Assembly (NCBI GenBank): GCA_950097015.1
Contig: CATNEN010000011.1
Location: forward strand, 3,658,001 to 3,722,000
Length of the DNA stretch: 64,000 bases
Source of the DNA: Macrostomum hystrix
Taxonomy: Eukaryota > Animalia > Platyhelminthes
Reading direction: 5' to 3'
The translations under genes and the position numbers were made by a program. The notes beneath the pieces are model-generated. The model worked only from the letters and a program-made list of their open reading frames with translations, was not told the origin of the DNA and did no database searches. Positions 13,590 to 25,828 of the stretch are shown here, in pieces (the stretch's first letter is position 1; each line of letters starts with the position of its first letter).

Positions 13590-14140
13590 TCTCTCCTGTT
13601 TCTAATCCATCTTGTGTCTCATCTCTCCTGTTTCTAATCCATCTTGTGTCTCATCTCTCCTGTTTCTAATCCATCTTGTGTCTCATCTCTCCTGTTTCTA
13701 ATCCATCTTGTGTCTCATCTCTCCTGTTTCTAATCCATCTTGTGTCTCATCTCTCCTGTTTCTAATCCATCTTGTGTCTCATCTCTCCTGTTTCTAATCC
13801 ATCTTGTGTCTCATCTCTCCTGTTTCTAATCCATCTTGTGTCTCATCTCTCCTGTTTCTAATCCATCTTGTGTCTCATCTCTCCTGTTTCTAATCCATCT
13901 TGTGTCTCATCTCTCCTGTTTCTAATCCATCTTGTGTCTCATCTCTCCTGTTTCTAATCCATCTTGTGTCTCATCTCTCCTGTTTCTAATCCATCTTGTG
14001 TCTCATCTCTCCTGTTTCTAATCCATCTTGTGTCTCATCTCTCCTGTTTCTAATCCATCTTGTGTCTCATCTCTCCTGTTTCTAATCCATCTTGTGTCTC
14101 ATCTCTCCTGTTTCTCATCCATCTTGTGTCTCATCTCCCT
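13590..14140. repeat. 32-bp minisatellite (CTCATCTCTCCTGTTTCTAATCCATCTTGTGT)n in cGLR intron
   Basis: Period 32 measured; about 16 near-identical copies. Confidence 0.95.
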
Positions 14141-14666
14141 TTTTCATCTCTTCTCTGTCTCATATCTCTAAGAGAGATGTGATTTCGGAACTCGTTTGGG
14201 CCATAGAATAATGCGCATAAGACGTAATGTGTATTATGTCTTTGGCGGCGATCACTTTCAAGGCTTCGGCATACTACACAATCAACTATTGTGTCACAGA
14301 CATGGAAATAATTAGTATTTTACGTTTAGCATACAAATATAATATAATGCATACAAATACATTCTCGCAAAATAATGTATGAACGAGTTAGCAAATAATA
14401 AAACTACATGCCAAAAAACTATATTTATCTAATTTTAATAGCATACATACGTAGTTTAACTACTGGTAACGCAAAAGCTACAAGCTATATTTACGACTGC
14501 ATTCGGCCAACTACGCTTGCACAAGTATATGACGTACAAGTATTATTTTATTGAGTCGTGTGTTGGGTTAGAACTAGTTCGTAATTAAAATACGAACGCA
14601 AGGGGAAAAACTTCCCGTGAATCGATTTACATAACAACATTCGCCTAATCATTTCCATTAACGAAG

Positions 14667-16105
14667 CATCGACGCCTGGAGAAAAAGTACCTGGTTTCAA
14701 ACTGAGGCCGACGGTAGAGCATGTCCAGTCCATCCGTGTGTGCAGCTACCCTCCCATGGCGCCACTGCAGCCTGACCGTATCTCCAGATCGAAAATCGCC
14801 AAGTCTATGCAGTCGTTGAAAGAGATAGAACCTGCTTCATCGCCTTGTCACGTTGTGCAAGCAGCACCTCCTGGAAAGGAGGGGAAGCAGCTCAGAGTGA
14901 GCACCAGTTTCCTTGAGAAGCGACTGTTGCGGAGTCTCAGCACTCTGCAGGGCCAGCTGTTCGTCACACTCAAGTGGCTACTCAAGAAAGCAGTCCGCCA
15001 CAACGGATTCCGGTCATATCACGCGAAGACCATCATTTTCCGGATGCTAGAAGAGACACCGGCAGAACAGTGGAAGCCGGAGAATCTCGTGAGTCTAACG
15101 AGACGCTCGCTGAAGATGCTGCTTGATGGAATTGAGAGCGGCTACAAATCAGACAAACCTGATGGTCGGATTCTGGATCACTACTTCCTAAGCGACGCCG
15201 CTGTTTATCTCAGAGGATTGGACATGGGTTCGGATGAGAGTGTGATTGAAGGCATGAATCAAGCAGCCAAAGCTATTCGATATGTCATTGAAAAGCTGCC
15301 TGAGCTCCTGGTGCAATTCAAGGACAGCCTGCGACCAGTCACCAACTCGGGTCGGTTCCACTTCCATCCTTTCCTCATTTTACCATTTCTGCATCACGTT
15401 TCGATATCAAGCTTAGAGAAAGTTGAATACATTGAAATCTACGACGTTGTAAGAGAGTCGGTTCTTCGTCTCTCTGACGAAAACTGCAACCGCGAGTCAA
15501 TGATGACTTTCTTGAAGCAAATAATTGAGAAGCTGCCAGACTGTGCCCGGTCAGCGCGAGAGTCTCTGAAAGCGTTGACATACCTGAAGTTCGGTGACCG
15601 AGCGAAAGCGGAGGAAATCATAGACAACTGCATGGATTTCAGCGTGAGCAGAGGCATCAAGTGGAGTCCGGAAAAGTCAACGGATGACGCGACCTCAGAC
15701 TATGTTTGGAAATACCTGGAAAACAAAAAAGACTCCACATGGAAGTTCAGCTTTCAATTTTCGCATCCTCCAAAGCTTCCCTTCGAAAATGAGCTTAAAA
15801 ACATCTTACCCTTAAAATTCGAAGAATACATGGACGGTTATTATCTAAACATCGAAGCTCTCCTTCATGCTCTCCGCTATGAGATGTTAAAATCGACAGA
15901 GAAGTCAACTCAAGACTGGATCCGGCATGTGGTCCACAGTGAGGAAGCGGACGAACAGGAGCTTGCGGTGGCTGCGGTGAGCAGTACAGACGTGGAGCTG
16001 CTGCTACGTCTGCAGAAGAAGTTTATTAAAATTCGCGGCTGCTCTCCTGATTGGCTTGAGGAAAAGATCGATCAGATCAATCAGGCCGGCAGATTTGCAC
16101 CGTAA
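14667..16105 (+). CDS. ANK-cGLR exon 2 (Mab-21 core and C-terminal helical extension)
   Basis: Frame is open from 14621. An AAG|CA acceptor before 14667, with a CTAAT branch-like motif ~20 nt upstream, gives a phase-1 join (..TGYASTPG..RPTVEHVQS). Mab-21 motifs LRVSTSFLEKRLL, LKWLLK, SYHAKTIIF..LE, QW..ENL, LDHYFL. Spliced product about 920 aa. Confidence 0.85.
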
Positions 16106-16658
16106 ATGCCTTCAAACCTGCTTTTATTTTCTCGGTTTAAAAGTTCTCAACATTTTACACCCCGTCAAATGTAACCACTCATGCGATTCAGCGCCATTCT
16201 ATTAATCTAATCGTATTTATTCACGTGTATTAATGCATGAAAAACAAACGCCATATATTTACGTTGTAAAAAAGTTTTCAAATTCCGATTATCTCTATCT
16301 GACCCCCAAAAGTTACCACATACAAAGGTGACTCTATGTTCTTGGCTCTCGCCTGTGCGCTTTCTAATCTTCCATTGAATTTTGCATAAATTCATGTTAT
16401 TGACCACTTCAATAAGAAGGGTGGGAAAATACTCGTATGTCTTAAAAGACCGGAAGTTTTACAGTTTATATTTTAAAAAGTTGATTGTAAAATTTAGTAG
16501 AGCATTGCTTATTGTATTTTGGAAGTAGATATAACGCTCTGCTTTTGATATAACATACCTAACATGTTTTTTGTTGACTCAACATGCTGCCCTAAGGAGT
16601 TTCTCAAAGTTTCTTACAAAGAACCAATATCTCCCCGAAGGGGGGCAAAACTTGCTAG

Positions 16659-16860
16659 TTAATTTAACTAAGAGTTCTAGTTAAACTACACTTTTTGAAT
16701 TTTTGAATTATTAATCTTAATTTTGAATTATATTTTTTTACTTTTTCATTTTTTCTATTTTTTCAATTTAAGGACCGGCCGAAAGGTATGCTTTAATTCC
16801 AATTAATCATGTTTATTTATGGACGGTTCAAATTGACCCGAACATGCTTAGTTGCAGCAA
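16659..16860 (+). repeat. ~200-bp direct repeat, copy 1 (copy 2 at 18101-18300)
   Basis: Shared TTAATTTAACTAAGAGTTCTAGTTAAAC...GACCGGCCGAAAGGTATGC...GACGGTTCAAATTGACCC...GTTGCAGCAA. Confidence 0.85.
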
Positions 16861-16886
16861 CCTGCGAAAAACAAAACACACGAACC

Positions 16887-18038
16887 TGTGATTTCCAGCC
16901 CTCTATCTACATGTGCCACTCAGTCTCGGATTCTGTGATTTCCAGCCCTCTGTCTACATGTGCCACTCAGTCTCGGATTCTGTGATTTCCAGCTCTCTGT
17001 CTACATGTGCCACTCAGTCTCGGATTCTGTGATTTCCAGCCCTCTGTCTACATGTGCCACTCAGTCTCGGATTCTGTGATTTCCAGCCCTCTGTCTACAT
17101 GTGCCACTCAGTCTCGGATTCTGTGATTTCCAGCCCTCTATCTACATGTGCCACTCAGTCTCGGATTCTGTGATTTCCAGCTCTCTATCTACATGTGCCA
17201 ATCAGTCTCGGATTCTGTGATTTCCAGCCCTCTATCTACATGTGCCACTCAGTCTCGGATTCTGTGATTTCCAGCTCTCTGTCTACATGTGCCACTCAGT
17301 CTCGGATTCTGTGATTTCCAGCCCTCTGTCTACATGTGCCACTCAGTCTCGGATTCTGTGATTTCCAGCCCTCTATCTACATGTGCCACTCAGTCTCGGA
17401 TTCTGTGATTTCCAGCCCTCTATCTACATGTGCCACTCAGTCTCGGATTCTGTGATTTCCAGCTCTCTGTCTACATGTGCCACTCAGTCTCGGATTCTGT
17501 GATTTCCAGCCCTCTGTCTACATGTGCCACTCAGTCTCGGATTCTGTGATTTCCAGCCCTCTGTCTACATGTGCCACTCAGTCTCGGATTCTGTGATTTC
17601 CAGCCCTCTGTCTACATGTGCCACTCAGTCTCGGATTCTGTGATTTCCAGCTCTCTATCTACATGTGCCAATCAGTCTCGGATTCTGTGATTTCCAGCCC
17701 TCTATCTACATGTGCCACTCAGTCTCGGATTCTGTGATTTCCAGCTCTCTGTCTACATGTGCCACTCAGTCTCGGATTCTGTGATTTCCAGCCCTCTGTC
17801 TACATGTGCCACTCAGTCTCGGATTCTGTGATTTCCAGCCCTCTGTCTACATGTGCCACTCAGTCTCGGATTCTGTGATTTCCAGCCCTCTATCTACATG
17901 TGCCACTCAGTCTCGGATTCTGTGATTTCCAGCTCTCTATCTACATGTGCCACTCAGTCTCGGATTCTGTGATTTCCAGCCCTCTATCTACATGTGCCAC
18001 TCAGTCTCGGATTCTGTGACTTCCAGCCCTCTATCTAC
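16887..18038. repeat. 47-bp minisatellite, ~24.5 copies
   Basis: Unit TGTGATTTCCAGCCCTCTGTCTACATGTGCCACTCAGTCTCGGATTC; period 47 measured. Confidence 0.95.
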
Positions 18039-18100
18039 GGGCTCGTACTTCTTTCAAAAACTTGAATTTTGAATTTCTAATTCTGAGCTGTACTCAAACA

Positions 18101-18300
18101 TTAATTTAACTAAGAGTTCTAGTTAAACAACACTTTAAATTAATGAATTATGAACCTTAAATTTGAATTTGATTTTTTGACTTTTTTATTTTTTCAATTC
18201 TTTCAATTTAAAGACCGGCCGAAAGGTATGCTTTAATTCAAATTAATCATGTTTATTTATAGACGGTTCAAATTGACCCAAACATGCTTAGTTGCAGCAA
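18101..18300 (+). repeat. ~200-bp direct repeat, copy 2
   Basis: Diverged copy of 16659-16860. Confidence 0.85.
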
Positions 18301-18719
18301 GTTATGACAATTTTCTTACTTACTCGTAATTTTTAGTAATTTTATCGACTCTGACTACAGTCAGTAGTATATGGCTGTCGTCGGTGTCCCAATAGATTTG
18401 AGCACAGTTTATCGAGTCGGATTCGATTGGAAATCAATCTAGAAACAATTTCCTACACGACTGAGTTGGTTTCATTATTACAAATGATTTCTACTCGAAC
18501 TTATTAACCTGGAAAGTCACCTAGAAAATTTGACGAAACATGCGAAAATATTTCAAGTACCTAGCCGATTGCTAGCTACTGCTTCCATACTATTAGGTAC
18601 TGTGTTTTCTAAACTATTTTCGGTTGGGAAATTCATTCTAGGCGGTCCGAGCTCAATATCTTTGGGAGAAAAAAGTTATGACAATTTTCTTAGTAATTTT
18701 ATCGAACTCAGATTACCCA

Positions 18720-19831
18720 AAGTTACTTCACGTTGCGACAGAGTTCGGTAGCGTCTGCCACGACCGCAAGTGCCACGCAGCCTTTGAGTCCGCCATCGAC
18801 AGAACCGAACGCGTTCCCAAGATTCGGCACATTCTGTGGAAATCTGAACGTGTGTCGACCTACTTCGCCAAGCAGCTGAATTCGTGGCTGAAAATTCATC
18901 CCGATTGGACCTATGTTCTGTGGCGCGACCAAGATCTGGTGGGCTTCGTTGCGAAGTACTATCCAGGTGTGCTGCAGAGATTCCGGTCGCTCAAGCATCA
19001 CATCATGCGAGTAGACATGATTCGCTACCTGATACTGCAACACGTGAGTCCCAGAAAATCAGTACTCAATCCACAACGATGAATTTGACTCAGCTGGTTT
19101 GCCAGCTGAAAATAGCAGATACTCCGATACTCAAATAGAGTATCTGAACAAGCAAGTACAGTAACGACCGATTCTCTTTCAGTTCGGAGGAGTGTACGCG
19201 GACCTGGACTATGTCCTGGTGCGCCCCCTGCACTGGTTTCTCAAGTACCCTGCCACCGTGCCAATCACAGCGGAGGCCATCGCGATGTTCTACTTCGGCC
19301 TGAAGTGGCCCCCGGATCGGCTTGCTAACCCGGCGTTCATGATTTCGGAGCCGCAGCACCCCTTCTTCTCCTACTGCATCCTGAAGCTGGCCGACTCAAG
19401 CCGACTCAAGACATTTTTTTGTTCGCTGGTCCACTGGGGCTCACCACAATGGTGAATCAGTACGCGGCAGAGTTTCGTGCCACAACCGATCCGGGCGGAA
19501 TGGTTCTTGTGCCGCCCTCGCGAGCGTTCGACGCCTTCGCAAACAACAGCTTCTGGGGCAGCACGACCTCATACAAAAAATTTTGGATTAACCACCTGAA
19601 TCACTTGTGCAAGCTGCACATTAAGCCTACAATATGCCACTACAAGAGTATTGCAACGATGTGTACAACCTGGACCCAATCACAGATAAAGGAGACATTT
19701 CATAAGCCCTTCACGACGCGAAGAAGACACGAACATCCTATGATCCTAGAGGTTCGCCAGTGTTTTTCGACAAAACTGTGGATATTCGGAGAGCTGTGCC
19801 AAACATTCTTATGGCAAACAATTTTTATTAG
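18720..19831 (+). pseudogene. GT32 (DxD, Gly_transf_sug) glycosyltransferase pseudogene, copy A
   Basis: VPKIRHILWK..W.KIHPDW...RVDMIRYLILQH | FGGVYADLD with intron 19044-19182. Compared with copy B it has a frameshift at ~19400, a frameshift at ~19635, an in-frame TAA at 19703-19705, and lacks the N-terminal TM segment. Confidence 0.85.
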
Positions 19832-20618
19832 CGTGCGTGCGTCATTGCCTAATAAAAACTCTGTTACCACTGATGCCCTCTGCCAAGTGGTCTCTGACTC
19901 CAACATAGACATACACGGCTACACCACCTACATGAAATTCATAGGGGATTTTTTCGTGCCACTAATTACTAGAACCAAGTCCCATCCTTTGAGCCGCATA
20001 TTCAGAAATGGGCAGCCGGGTAGCTAACTAGACAAACATATTAGTTTGATTTGAAAAGCAGGCCAGCTGCTTTAAATAAGGGTTGACAATTTTTCTCGTA
20101 CTTTGCTATTACTACAAGACATTATTATGCGTACACACATAATGGGTGCTGATTTTCAATTGTTTCAGTATCGCTTGTTGTACGAGCCACAGTATTTATA
20201 TTTTTAGATAGGACTCTGCACTCCTAACTACGAGAACAGTGATAACGATTAATGATAACCACTCTGATGATAAACACTCTCTTCTCTGCACAAGGGTTTA
20301 CTAGAAATATTTAGTGCCACTGAATGGCAGGCTTAACTACTGAATTGTCTCGAGGGAAGCTAGGCAGCACAGTGGGCTCTGAAGCGCAGTAGACGCTTCT
20401 GTACAATGAGTAATTATTTCCTTGTTTCTGCTTTCATTAGGAAAATAGCTACTATAGTCTAACTTCTTAATTTGTTGCGACGTAAGCACTCTCAGCTGCG
20501 TATGAATCACCACTAACTGCTAGAATGATTTCTCGCAGTTTCACAGAATGCTTCTCCCCAAATCTCTCTTTTCTGATCGGTACATGCGAGACAGGTACAT
20601 CGCCATAATCATGGGAAG

Positions 20619-20899
20619 TGTCGGGCTATGTCAATTGTTAGTGCAGTCACTGTCGTTGTTGTAATAGTTCAGTTTATTTAAGTGCGCGCGCGCCACCCCC
20701 GCCGCTGTTATTTACTTTGATGTGTCTTATACAACCACCCATCCTCCACCCTATTGTTATCTCGTGTGATTGCTGAATCATGCCTGTCTGGCATAATATA
20801 TATTGATCGAAGGTGCACGGCTAGAGTTTGCGCTTGTGACTGTCCTGCAACCTGCTCAATGCGTTTGCTTCTGTTCTTCAATTAACCCACGACTTCACA
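20619..20899 (+). repeat. 5' LTR (281 bp)
   Basis: TGTCGGG...CTTCACA; 2 mismatches against the 3' LTR by eye. Confidence 0.95.
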
Positions 20900-20900
20900 G

Positions 20901-20915
20901 TGGCGACGAAGATGG
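20901..20915 (+). promoter_or_regulatory. Primer-binding site, tRNA-Ser(GCU)-type, overlapping the gag ATG
   Basis: TGGCGACGAAGATGG matches 14/15 to the complement of the tRNA-Ser(GCU) 3' end as recalled (TGGCGACGAGGATGG). Confidence 0.7.
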
Positions 20916-23900
20916 CTGCGACTATTCCTACACTCTCTGCAAACTCTGATGTTGAGGTTTACATCGAGAGGCTAGATCAGTACCTGGTCTACAAGGAAGT
21001 TAAAGACGAAGCGAAGGTTGCAACCCTGATCACAGTCATTGGAGAAGAGGCATACAAGCTGCTCCGCAACCTGTGCCTGCCAGACGCAGTGTCCTCCAAG
21101 CCCTACGAAACGTTGACACAGCTGCTGAAGGATCACTACGCTCCAAAAACATCAATGCTCTCGGCCAGATTTCGTTTTCAGCAGCGCATCCAGAGACCCG
21201 GCGAGAGCTTCACCGACTTCGTTGCCGGTCTCAAAGCAGCTTCTGAGCACTGCAAGTTCGGCATTTACTCTGACCGAGAGGCTACGCGACCAGCTCATCT
21301 TCGGCATACGCAGTGACGCCCACCGAGCGAAGCTTCTGGAAGTCGAGGATCCGACTTTTGATGCCCTGACTAAGAAGATTGAAACGCTGGAGACGGCAGA
21401 GATGTCCTCATCCGAGATGACACACAGGGCCGAGCCAGTGGCCCACCTGCGCCCGCACAGGAACCCGTCTGGAGCCAAGGGAGTCAAGGACGTCAGCAGG
21501 CAAGCTCCTCGCCGGTCAGCTGCCAGCTTCGCTGACCCAGCTCGGGCAGCGCAGTCGTGCTCGGCCGCAAGTGCGTGTGCAAGCTGCGGCGGCGCCCATA
21601 GTCGGCAGCAGTGTAAGCTGCGCGAGGCCAAATGCTACGGCTGCGGTAAGGTCGGCCACATCCGGAAGGTGTGCAAGTCATCCAGGCTGCACAAAGTAGA
21701 TCCCGAGCCGGCTGAGGCGCAGGAGCCCCTTTTCAGCCTTAGGCAAGGCGGATCAAGCAAGGGACTGGTAGTCAAGTTGCTTGTTCAGGGCAGCCCATGC
21801 TGTTTCGAGGTGGACACCGGGTCCGCCCTCACTGTCATACCCAAGAACCTGCAAGAGGAGGTCCTGCCGGACTTGCGCTTGTCGCCGACCTCCACGGTGC
21901 TGCGTACCTACACTGGAGAAAGCTTTCGGCCAGTCGGGCAGGCGGAGGTCACCGTCCAGCACAACAGCCAGGACCTGCGGCTGCCACTGCTGGTCGTCGA
22001 ACAAGGCGACGTCGCGTTGCTCGGCCGAGACTGGCTGGCGAAGCTGAAACTTGACTGGCCGAGGATCTTCGGGCAAGTCAACTCGGTGACTGGCGAGGCG
22101 GATGGTCTGATCGCGCAGTTTCCCGAGGTCTTCCAAGGCGGCCTGGGCACCTATCGGCACGGCGAGGTGAAGCTGCATATGCCTGCGGAGGCTAAGCCAC
22201 GCTTTTTCAAGGCCAGGCCGGTCCCCTACGCGCTCCGAGAACGCGTTGACGACGAGCTTCGGCGGATGGAGGCGGACGGCATCATCACATCAGTCAAGTA
22301 CTCAGACTGGGCGGCGCCCATCGTGCCCGTGGTTAAGAAGAACGGTGCAGTGCGGATCTGCGGAGACTATAAGCTGACCTACAATGCGGAGGCTACGCCA
22401 GAGCTGTACCCGCTGCCGCGCATCGAAGACTTGTTCGCTAAGTTGGGCGGCGGCTGCAAGTGGTCCAAGCTGGACATGTCGAACGCCTTTCTGCAGCTGC
22501 CCCTGTCTAAGGACAGTAAGATTTTCTTGACCATCAATACGCATCGAGGTCTGTTCCAGCTGAACCGCATGCCATTTGGCATCAACTGCACCAACTGCCG
22601 TGTTCCAGCGCACGCTCGACTCTCTGCTCGGTGACCTGGAGTCGGTGCAAGTCTTCGTTGACGATATCCTGGTGACAGGCAGAACTCTGCAGCATCATCG
22701 CGAGAATCTCACCAAGGTCCTTCAACGCCTCCAGGAGGCGGGTCTACGGTTAAACAAGGACAAGTGCGAGTTCTTCCGCGACTCGGTCGATTACCTGGGC
22801 CATCGGATCGACAGCCAAGGTCTGCGGCCGCTGGCGGAGAAGGTGACGGCAGTGCAGGACGCGCCGGCGCCCACTGATTGCAGTCAGCTTCGAGCCTATC
22901 TCGGCATGCTAACTCACTACGGTAAGTTTCTGCCTCATCTGTCTACCGTGGTCGCTCCGCTCAACCAGTTGCTGACTAAGAACGCCCGCTGGTGCTGGGG
23001 AGAGCCCCAGCAGCTGGCCTTCCAGAGGTCCAAGCGCCTACTGCTCGAGTCTCCGGTGCTTGTTCACTACGACTCGAAGCTGCCGCTGCGATTAGAGTGC
23101 GATGCCAGCCCCTACGGACTCGGCGTGGTGCTGACACATCGCATGGACGGCCAGGACCGAGCGATCGCCTTCGCCAGCCGCAGCCTGACTACGGCTCAGA
23201 AGGGCTACTCGCAGCTGGACAAAGAGGCCCTTGCGATCATGTTCGGCCTCCAGCGTTTCAATCAGTTCCTGCAAGGCCGCAAATTTGTCATCGTGACCGA
23301 CCACAAGCCGCTCCTGGGACTTCTAGGCGAGCACAAAGGCATCCCTGAGCACGCGGCTGCCCGCATGCAGCGCTGGGCGATCCGCTTGGCTGGTTATGAC
23401 TACGCGCTTGAGTTCCGGCCCACCAGCAAACACGCAAACTGCGATTCACTGTCCCGGCTGCCGCTGCCAAGACAGTTCGAGGAGGAGCCGGCCGTAAACG
23501 CCCTGCTGCTCGACGAGGAGACCGGGTCTGCTATCACGGCTCAGGCGGTGGCACGGCACACGCGTTCGGATGCTACCCTCGGCCGGGTGCTTCGCTGCCT
23601 GCAGACTGGCGCCCCGATGGCGTCGTCGGACTTGACAGACTTCACGAGGCGGCAAGACGAGCTGAGCGAGCAGGGCTGCGTGCTGTGGGGTGCCCGAGAG
23701 GTACCGACGGCCCTGCGGCAAGGCGTGCTGGATGAGCTTCACCAGGCGCACCCCGGCATCAACCGCATGCGAGCGCTGGCCCGCAGCTACATCTGGTAGC
23801 CCGGTCTGGACAGGCAGCTCGAGACGACCGTCAAGGCCTGCCGGACCTGCATGCTGAACCAGGCCGATCCGCCCAAGGCGCCGGTGCAGCCGTGGCCGTT

Positions 23901-24833
23901 CCCAGCCGAACCGTGGGCAAGGCTGCACATTGACTTCGCCGGGCCCGTCAACGGCCGCACCTACCTGGTCATTGTGGACGCCTTCAGTAAGTGGCCGGAG
24001 GTTCTGCAGGTGCACAGTGTGACGGCGGCGGCGACCATTGGGCGTCTTCGTGAGGTTGTTCGCGAGACTGGGCATTCCGCGCGTGCTGGTCTCTGACAAC
24101 GGCACGCAGTTTACCTCAGGGGAGTTCAGCGAGTTCACCAGGCGCAACGGCATTCGTCACGTCTTCTCGGCGCCCTTCCACCCGGCCACGAACGGCCAGG
24201 CGGAGAGATTCGCGCAGGTGCTCAAGCGACATCTGCTCAAGAGCGGCCACTCGACAGCCGCACTGCAACAAATGCTAATTTCCTACCGCAACACGCCGCA
24301 CTCAATCACCGGCGCGGCCCCCAGTCAGCTGCTCATCGGTCGCAGACTACGCAGCCGGCTGGACCTACTGATGCATGCAGCAGCGCCAAGAGCAGCAAGT
24401 GGAGCAGCAGCCGCGAGCACGCGAGTTCCATGCCGGCGACCCAGTGCTGCTGCGCGACTTCAGCTCGGATGCCAGGACCGGCGGCGGCCGCTGGACAGAG
24501 GGCACTGTCGTTTCCGCCGGGTCCCGCAACTGCGCCGTCGATGTTCGCGGAACTATCCACCGGCGGCACACAAACCAGCTGCTGTCGGCCGCCCTCCCAC
24601 CGCCGACAACTCCCGTGACCCCGCTAGTAGTCACAGCCGAGGCACCGTCGACCTTGGCGGAGCCTGGCGGTCAGGAAATCGAGGCGCCAACAGTCGGGGC
24701 AGCCGCCGACGCCACCGACGCCGCCGACGCCACCGACGCCGCCGACGCTAGCGATGCAACGTCCCCGACAGACACACCAGCTCGTCGCTACCCGCTACGG
24801 CAAAGGCAACCACCCGAGCGGTTGCAATCGTGA
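20912..24833 (+). pseudogene. gag-pol polyprotein of the LTR element, interrupted
   Basis: Gag with twin CCHC knuckles (CASCGGAHSRQQC, CYGCGKVGHIRKVC), protease VDTGS, RT (WAAPIVPV, FVDD), RNase H (CDASPYGLG), integrase HHCC plus core (HIDFAGP, SDNGTQF, NGQAER). Frameshifts at ~21265, ~22590, ~24055, ~24375 and a TAG at 23797-23799. Confidence 0.92.
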
Positions 24834-24891
24834 TTAGGGACTCGAATGGACTATGCGGATCGACTGGGATGTTTCTAGCCTAGGGGGGAGA

Positions 24892-25172
24892 TGTCGGGCT
24901 ATGTCAATTGTTAGTGCAGTCACTGTCGTTGTTGTAATAGTACAGTTTATTTAAGTGCGCGCGCGCCACCCCCGCCGCTGTTATTTACTTTGATGTGTCT
25001 TATACAACCACCCATCCTCCACCCTATTGTTATCTCGTGTGATTGCTGAATCATGCCTGTCTGGCACAATATATATTGATCGAAGGTGCACGGCTAGAGT
25101 TTGCGCTTGTGACTGTCCTGCAACCTGCTCAATGCGTTTGCTTCTGTTCTTCAATTAACCCACGACTTCACA
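24892..25172 (+). repeat. 3' LTR (281 bp)
   Basis: Follows the polypurine tract and is followed by TSD GGAAG. Confidence 0.95.
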
Positions 25173-25828
25173 GGAAGCTCTGTTGGTTAAAAAGGAACTA
25201 ATTTTATAAGTAACTCTTTTCATAGGCCTAAAATAAACTACAGTTTAAGCAACCAGGGCCATGGCTTCTTTAGGTTTTAGTTAATGGAGTCTAGAACCGC
25301 AACACAGGCTAAGATCGTACAATGCGGATATGGCACTTCGAAAGGATAGACGTTCACGAAAGCAGCGTTTACCATTCGGGACGCAGGGTGTAGACGCGGG
25401 TAGCTGCTTTGACGAATATTTGATTTCGTTTTACATGCAATAATTTGATTCTTCGCATTAAGAGACCTTCTAAACAAAAGACACGACCGAAGCTCAGCAG
25501 CGACGAGATGTGCCCTGGCACGGGGCAGATGATGCTAAAATATTCAGGGCAGCTACCTGGTCGAGCGGGGTAGACAGGGGAGCGATACGCAAAAAACTAA
25601 GGTCAAGCCACCAGCGCGCAGAGAGGGCAAAGTCACGCAGAACTGATTGGCAGGAGCGGCAAAGCCACGCAGGGCTTTGTGTTGGGCTGATAGACGACGC
25701 CTGCGCCCAACCAATCAGGTAGCGGCGCGGGGAAGACAGTGCGGGGGTGGGGGGACGCTTACAAACAGGCTACTTTTACTTAATATGTATTTAATGTGTG
25801 TGGTAAGGTCGCAACATATCAAATATCG

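Larger units (their letters stand above)
20619..25172 (+). mobile_element. Full-length Ty3/Gypsy LTR retrotransposon (Mag-like), coding region disabled
   Basis: TG..CA LTRs of 281 bp, GGAAG 5-bp TSD (20614-18 and 25173-77), PBS, purine tract (TAGGGGGGAGA) before the 3' LTR; domain order gag-PR-RT-RH-IN. Confidence 0.97.

Noticed and set aside
16887-18038. CRISPR-like regular array
   Set aside because: Units are contiguous with no unique spacers; eukaryotic context; no cas genes.
19419-20027. 202-aa ORF as an independent gene
   Set aside because: Only the first ~70 aa match the GT32 paralogue; the rest is an out-of-frame run-on after a frameshift.
21152-24569. Many overlapping ORFs on both strands within the LTR element
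   Set aside because: By-products of GC-rich gag-pol sequence with no independent motifs.
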